From contig CAMWVO010000001.1 of NCBI GenBank assembly GCA_947177695.1, positions 1 through 29,694 on the forward strand: 29,694 bases of DNA. The letters are read 5' to 3'. Positions 25,898 to 29,694 of this stretch are shown here, one piece after another. How positions within the stretch are numbered: the stretch's first letter is position 1; every line of letters starts with the position of its first letter. The translations under genes and the position numbers were made by a program. This stretch comes from an uncultured Clostridia bacterium. GTDB taxonomy: Bacteria; Bacillota; Clostridia; Oscillospirales; Ruminococcaceae. A model generated the notes under the pieces. The model ran no database searches and was not told the origin of the DNA. It was given only the letters and a program-made list of their open reading frames with translations.

Positions 25898-27052
25898 TTA
25901 TCTTACGCTGATAGCGGGATTGCTTTCTTTGATCCTTATTTTATCTTCGTACATACGCTTGTCTGCAAGAGAAATAACATCAAAAACGCTTACAAATTCA
26001 TCATCGTTTACGTCGGCAGCTCCTATTGCAATACTTAACGGTTGTTTTAGATCTGTGTATGTATTGCAGCCGTTCCGCACATCTGCGATCTCTTTTTCAA
26101 CGTTTGATTTATTTTTGTCAATAAATACCGCTACAAATTCATCTCCGCCTATACGGTAAACATTATATGCCGATCTCAGATTTTTGGATAGAACGTCCGC
26201 TGCCGCACGAATAAGCTCGTCTCCCGCAATGTGTCCGTAATTGTCGTTTACCGTTTTTAAACCGTTCAGATCGCATACAACGCATATTATCAAATTGCTG
26301 CCTTTTTCATCTGAAAAATATTTTGCATCAAGCCTTTTCATGTCCTCATTGTAGCAGTTCTTATTTTTGATACCGGTATCCAGATCAATGTACGCACGCT
26401 TCATAAAATGTGCGGCAGGATTTTCGATCGTGAAGAAAAGTCCCATTGTAACGAGAGTTACCGCCGCGCCGGTAAAAAAGAATTCCACGACCGAAAGCTG
26501 TATAAGCATACTTAAAAGCACAAACATATTGCAGGGCAGCAAACCGGTTATAATAGTTTTTTCCGCCCGCCGTATATTTACCAGAAGTATTACCATACCT
26601 GCAATATTGTACAGAGCAACTATGGCAAAGCCGACCAAGGTGCAGCTTCCCGCGCTGTAATCCGTTCCGTTTCCCGGCAGATACACTATTTTAAGGAAAG
26701 GCATTACAACCGCATATAAGAGAACAGGCAGACGCACAAATTTCAAATATTTTTTCAGCGACTCGCTTGAGATCAGATTTTTTAGAATATAGCAAAAAAT
26801 TTCGCAGCCAAAGCAGATGGCGGATAAATACATAAGCATATGCAAAACTTCATTCATAGACGCATCGACTGTCTGACGGTGATTTACGGTATAAACGGTT
26901 ACTCCGTCAAAGATAACGTGCGTAAGTCCAAACAGGCAAACCCTGAAAAATATTTTTTCGGTTTTGCTGCCGTATATCCAATAATATACCAGCAGCAGCA
27001 CCAGAATGATGGCGCATACTATTTCCGAACGCAGAACAAGAAGCATATTCAT
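25898..27052 (-). CDS. Membrane-anchored diguanylate cyclase (multi-TM N-terminus + GGDEF)
   Basis: DLDTGIKNKN, CDLNGLKTVNDNYGHIAGDELI, YRIGGDEF, SIAIG, LADKRMYEDK; about 6-7 hydrophobic helices N-terminally; SD CGGAG. Confidence 0.93.
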   Translation of the reverse strand: MNMLLVLRSEIVCAIILVLLLVYYWIYGSKTEKIFFRVCLFGLTHVIFDGVTVYTVNHRQTVDASMNEVLHMLMYLSAICFGCEIFCYILKNLISSESLKKYLKFVRLPVLLYAVVMPFLKIVYLPGNGTDYSAGSCTLVGFAIVALYNIAGMVILLVNIRRAEKTIITGLLPCNMFVLLSMLIQLSVVEFFFTGAAVTLVTMGLFFTIENPAAHFMKRAYIDLDTGIKNKNCYNEDMKRLDAKYFSDEKGSNLIICVVCDLNGLKTVNDNYGHIAGDELIRAAADVLSKNLRSAYNVYRIGGDEFVAVFIDKNKSNVEKEIADVRNGCNTYTDLKQPLSIAIGAADVNDDEFVSVFDVISLADKRMYEDKIRIKESNPAISVR

Positions 27053-27207
27053 AAAAGCAACTCCGTTTCTGTTTCAATAATTTGAAATCGTTTATTTTTG
27101 TGTTATCTATGAATTAAATAATCTGTTTTTATTAAATTTATGTTTTTATTATACGGCATTTTTGTATGTTTGTCAATAAATTAAGGTAAACAGTCTGCGG
27201 ATATTGC

Positions 27208-27243
27208 AATGTTCCCCGTCAGTATTATCGGACGGGGAACATT
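27208..27243 (-). terminator. Hairpin downstream of feoB (probable terminator)
   Basis: Perfect 13-bp stem AATGTTCCCCGTC / GACGGGGAACATT; weak U-tract. Confidence 0.6.
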
Positions 27244-27271
27244 TAATCGGTATTTTGGTCTGCGGTCAGAA

Positions 27272-29428
27272 CTATACGCCGAAAAGCCGCATAAGATTTG
27301 CCGTAAGCGCGCAGAGGACTATCCCGACCGCAGTGGGAAGCACAAAGGCGGCGGCTGTCCATTTAAGGCTGCCAGTTTCCTTTTTCACGGTAATGCAGGT
27401 GGTGGAGCAGGGAAAATGGAAAAGCATGAAAATAATAGTGCAGACCGCTGTGGTGAGAGTCCAGCCATTGTCCGCAAGAAGCGTTTTAAGCTGACCGAGA
27501 TTTTCGTATTCCACGATCTTTCCTGTGGAAAGATACGCCATGAGCATTATCGGCACGACTATTTCGTTTGCGGGAAAGCCCAAAATAAACGCTAAAAGTA
27601 TAACTCCGTCCAGACCGATAAACCGTGCAAACGGGTCGAGAAAATCGGCGCAGACGGTGAGCAGAGCAGCGTCCCCGATCTTTACCGCGCCGAGAAGCCA
27701 TATTACAAGTCCTGCGGGAGCGGCTACGGCAATGGCTCTGCCGAGGACGAATATCGTCCTGTCAAAAACCGAGCGGACAATGACCTTTCCTATCTGCGGT
27801 CGGCGGTAAGGAGGAAGCTCCAGCGCAAAGGAGGAGGGCACGCCTTTCAGTACCGTACAGGAAAGAAGCCGCGACATAAGCAGGGTGAGAAAAACTCCGA
27901 GAATTACCGCCGCGGTAAGCACCGCGACCGAAGCCAGACTTCCCGCAAAGCCGCCCGCACCCGCCGTTATGAACATGGTTATTATCGCGATAAGGGTGGG
28001 AAATCTTCCGTTGCATGGTACAAAGCTGTTGGTGAGTATGGCTATGAGCCGTTCTCTCGGAGAGTCTATTATGCGGCAGCCCGTTACCCCCGCGGCGTTG
28101 CAGCCGAAGCCCATTGCCATGGTAAGAGCCTGTTTGCCGCAGGCACCCGCTTTTTTGAAGTATCTGTCAAGATTGAAGGCGGCGCGGGGAAGATACCCCA
28201 CGTCCTCAAGCAGGGTGAACAGCGGAAAGAAAATTGCCATCGGCGGGAGCATTACCGACGTTACCCATGCGAGGACGCGGTACACGCCGTCGATGAGCAG
28301 ACCGTGAAGCCACTCGGGTGCGCCCGCGGCTGCAAGCAGGTCGGAAAGCTTATCTCCCAAAGAGAAAAGCGCGCCGAAAAGCAGGTCGGAGGGATAGTTT
28401 GCGCCCTCAATGGTTATCCAGAATATCGCCAGCAGAAGCGCAGCCATGATGGGTACGCCCCATACTTTATGGGTAAGCACCCGGTCTATACGCCTGTCGC
28501 GCTCGTAATAATCTGGACGTTCAAAGGAAACGCACTCGGCGGCGTAACTCTCCGCCTGCCTTACCGCCGAGGTTACAAGCATATCCTTGAGCGCGGCGCG
28601 GTCTATGCCTTTTTCCGCAAGAAGCTCTCCCGCCCTGAATGCGGCGAGGCATATTTCGTCGTCGGCTGAAAGGTCGAAGCCCGCAAATTTATTTATGGAA
28701 CCAAGAAGCTTTTCGTCCCCCTCCAGAATTTTCAAAGCCGTCCAGCGGGGGGACAGCTTTCCGTTAAGCTTCGGTTCAAGCTCGGAGGACAGTATCTCCG
28801 CAGCAGCTTCTATTTCCTCCGAATACAGCAGGCATGGTTTTTCGGGACGCTTTGCGTTTAACGCTTCGGGAAGGCGCGCCATCATCTCGTCTATGCCCTT
28901 TCCGCTTCTTGCCGCCGCGCCGCAGACGGGTACTCCAAGCAGTTTGCTCAGTTTTTCCAGATCGACGGATATCATTTTCTTTTCCGCTTCGTCCAGAAGA
29001 TTTACGCACACAAGGGTGTGTTCGGTTATTTCTATCGTTTGCAGGACAAGATTAAGATTTCGTTCAAGACAGGTCGCGTCGCACACCACGATCACCGCGT
29101 CGGGGACGCCGGTTTCGGGAGAGCCGAAGCATATGAAGTCCCGCGCAACCTCCTCTTCGGCGGAATGTGCAAGCAGGGAATATGTACCCGGAATGTCAGC
29201 CATAACATAGCTGCGTTCGCCCCGCACGCATCTGCCCTGCGCGCTGCAAACGGTTTTGCCCGTCCAGTTTCCCGTGTGCTGCTTCATTCCCGTCAGAGCG
29301 TTAAAGACCGTTGATTTTCCCACATTAGGATTTCCCGCCAGAGCAACGACCTTGTCGCCGTCGCCCCTGCTGACGGAAAAGCTTCCGTCGCAGGCGTTTC
29401 TGCCCACCGATCCGGCAGTCAGACCCAT
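27272..29428 (-). CDS. feoB: Ferrous iron transporter FeoB
   Basis: G1 GNPNVGKS, G2 GNWTGKT, G3 DIPG, G4 NLLD; membrane motifs LEDVGYLPRAAF, MGFGCNA, FPCSTT. SD AAGGAG 8 nt before ATG 29428. Confidence 0.96.
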   Translation of the reverse strand: MGLTAGSVGRNACDGSFSVSRGDGDKVVALAGNPNVGKSTVFNALTGMKQHTGNWTGKTVCSAQGRCVRGERSYVMADIPGTYSLLAHSAEEEVARDFICFGSPETGVPDAVIVVCDATCLERNLNLVLQTIEITEHTLVCVNLLDEAEKKMISVDLEKLSKLLGVPVCGAAARSGKGIDEMMARLPEALNAKRPEKPCLLYSEEIEAAAEILSSELEPKLNGKLSPRWTALKILEGDEKLLGSINKFAGFDLSADDEICLAAFRAGELLAEKGIDRAALKDMLVTSAVRQAESYAAECVSFERPDYYERDRRIDRVLTHKVWGVPIMAALLLAIFWITIEGANYPSDLLFGALFSLGDKLSDLLAAAGAPEWLHGLLIDGVYRVLAWVTSVMLPPMAIFFPLFTLLEDVGYLPRAAFNLDRYFKKAGACGKQALTMAMGFGCNAAGVTGCRIIDSPRERLIAILTNSFVPCNGRFPTLIAIITMFITAGAGGFAGSLASVAVLTAAVILGVFLTLLMSRLLSCTVLKGVPSSFALELPPYRRPQIGKVIVRSVFDRTIFVLGRAIAVAAPAGLVIWLLGAVKIGDAALLTVCADFLDPFARFIGLDGVILLAFILGFPANEIVVPIMLMAYLSTGKIVEYENLGQLKTLLADNGWTLTTAVCTIIFMLFHFPCSTTCITVKKETGSLKWTAAAFVLPTAVGIVLCALTANLMRLFGV

Positions 29429-29480
29429 GCAAATCACTCCTTATAGTATTATCGCCGGACTGCGCTTTTCGGCAGTCCGA

Positions 29481-29501
29481 TCTCGATATTCAATATTGAG
29501 A
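29481..29501. promoter_or_regulatory. 10-1-10 palindrome in the feoB leader, candidate metal-regulator (Fur-family-like) operator
   Basis: TCTCGATATT-C-AATATTGAGA (1 mismatch), just downstream of a putative -10 TATACT at 29516-29511. Confidence 0.5.
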
Positions 29502-29551
29502 CCTCTTTTCAGTATATGCATGGTACAAGCCGAGCGATTATTCGGATATGG

Positions 29552-29585
29552 AAATAAAAAACGGACGCAATTTGACGTCCGTTTT
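29552..29585 (-). terminator. Terminator insulating feoB from upstream transcription
   Basis: Minus strand AAAACGGACG-tcaaattg-CGTCCGTTTT followed by TTATTT. Confidence 0.75.
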
Positions 29586-29694
29586 GGTTTGTCGGTAAAG
29601 GTGATAAATTTTGATTTACACGACTAACTGTCGGAACATTCAGGCGGCGAAGCCGCCGACTAAAGCTGGTCGAGCTGAGCCCAGCTCGCAGAAG

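Noticed and set aside
29643-29688. Two short GC hairpins (GGCGGC-gaa-GCCGCC; CGAGCTG-agcc-CAGCTCG) as IS/REP ends
   Set aside because: Truncated by the window edge, single copy here, and no transposase; cannot be supported.
29440-29694. feoA upstream of feoB
   Set aside because: No FeoA-like reading frame found; the interval contains a terminator, promoter-like sequence and hairpins.

Overview
Firmicute chromosomal window, about 50-55% GC by eye. Gene style suggests a gut Oscillospiraceae/Ruminococcaceae-like organism (inference). No mobile element, CRISPR array, rRNA or tRNA is supportable. The region is rich in envelope and signalling genes. Left to right: a BspA-type LRR surface-protein gene broken by an in-frame TAA, a TgpA-like membrane transglutaminase and an SDR; an operon of a CNNM/CBS gene plus FIVE tandem lipoprotein transglutaminase/papain-fold paralogs with graded linker lengths; a ydbST-like pair; an Ala/Gly:cation symporter; a permuted papain-like protein with a membrane partner; a three-gene PilZ - orphan ParA - ComFB-domain operon whose promoter has a T10 tract in the spacer; sfsA plus a small Cys-rich DUF6472-like gene missing from the ORF track; a 1358-aa FN3-repeat surface protein with unusual termini; a low-GC membrane GGDEF cyclase; and a stand-alone feoB with a palindromic operator candidate. 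The best candidates for an undescribed system are (1) the PilZ-ParA-ComFB module, a possible cyclic-dinucleotide-controlled ParA system next to a cyclase and an adhesin-like gene, and (2) the five-paralog lipoprotein cysteine-enzyme array. All family calls come from manual motif recognition; no searches were run.
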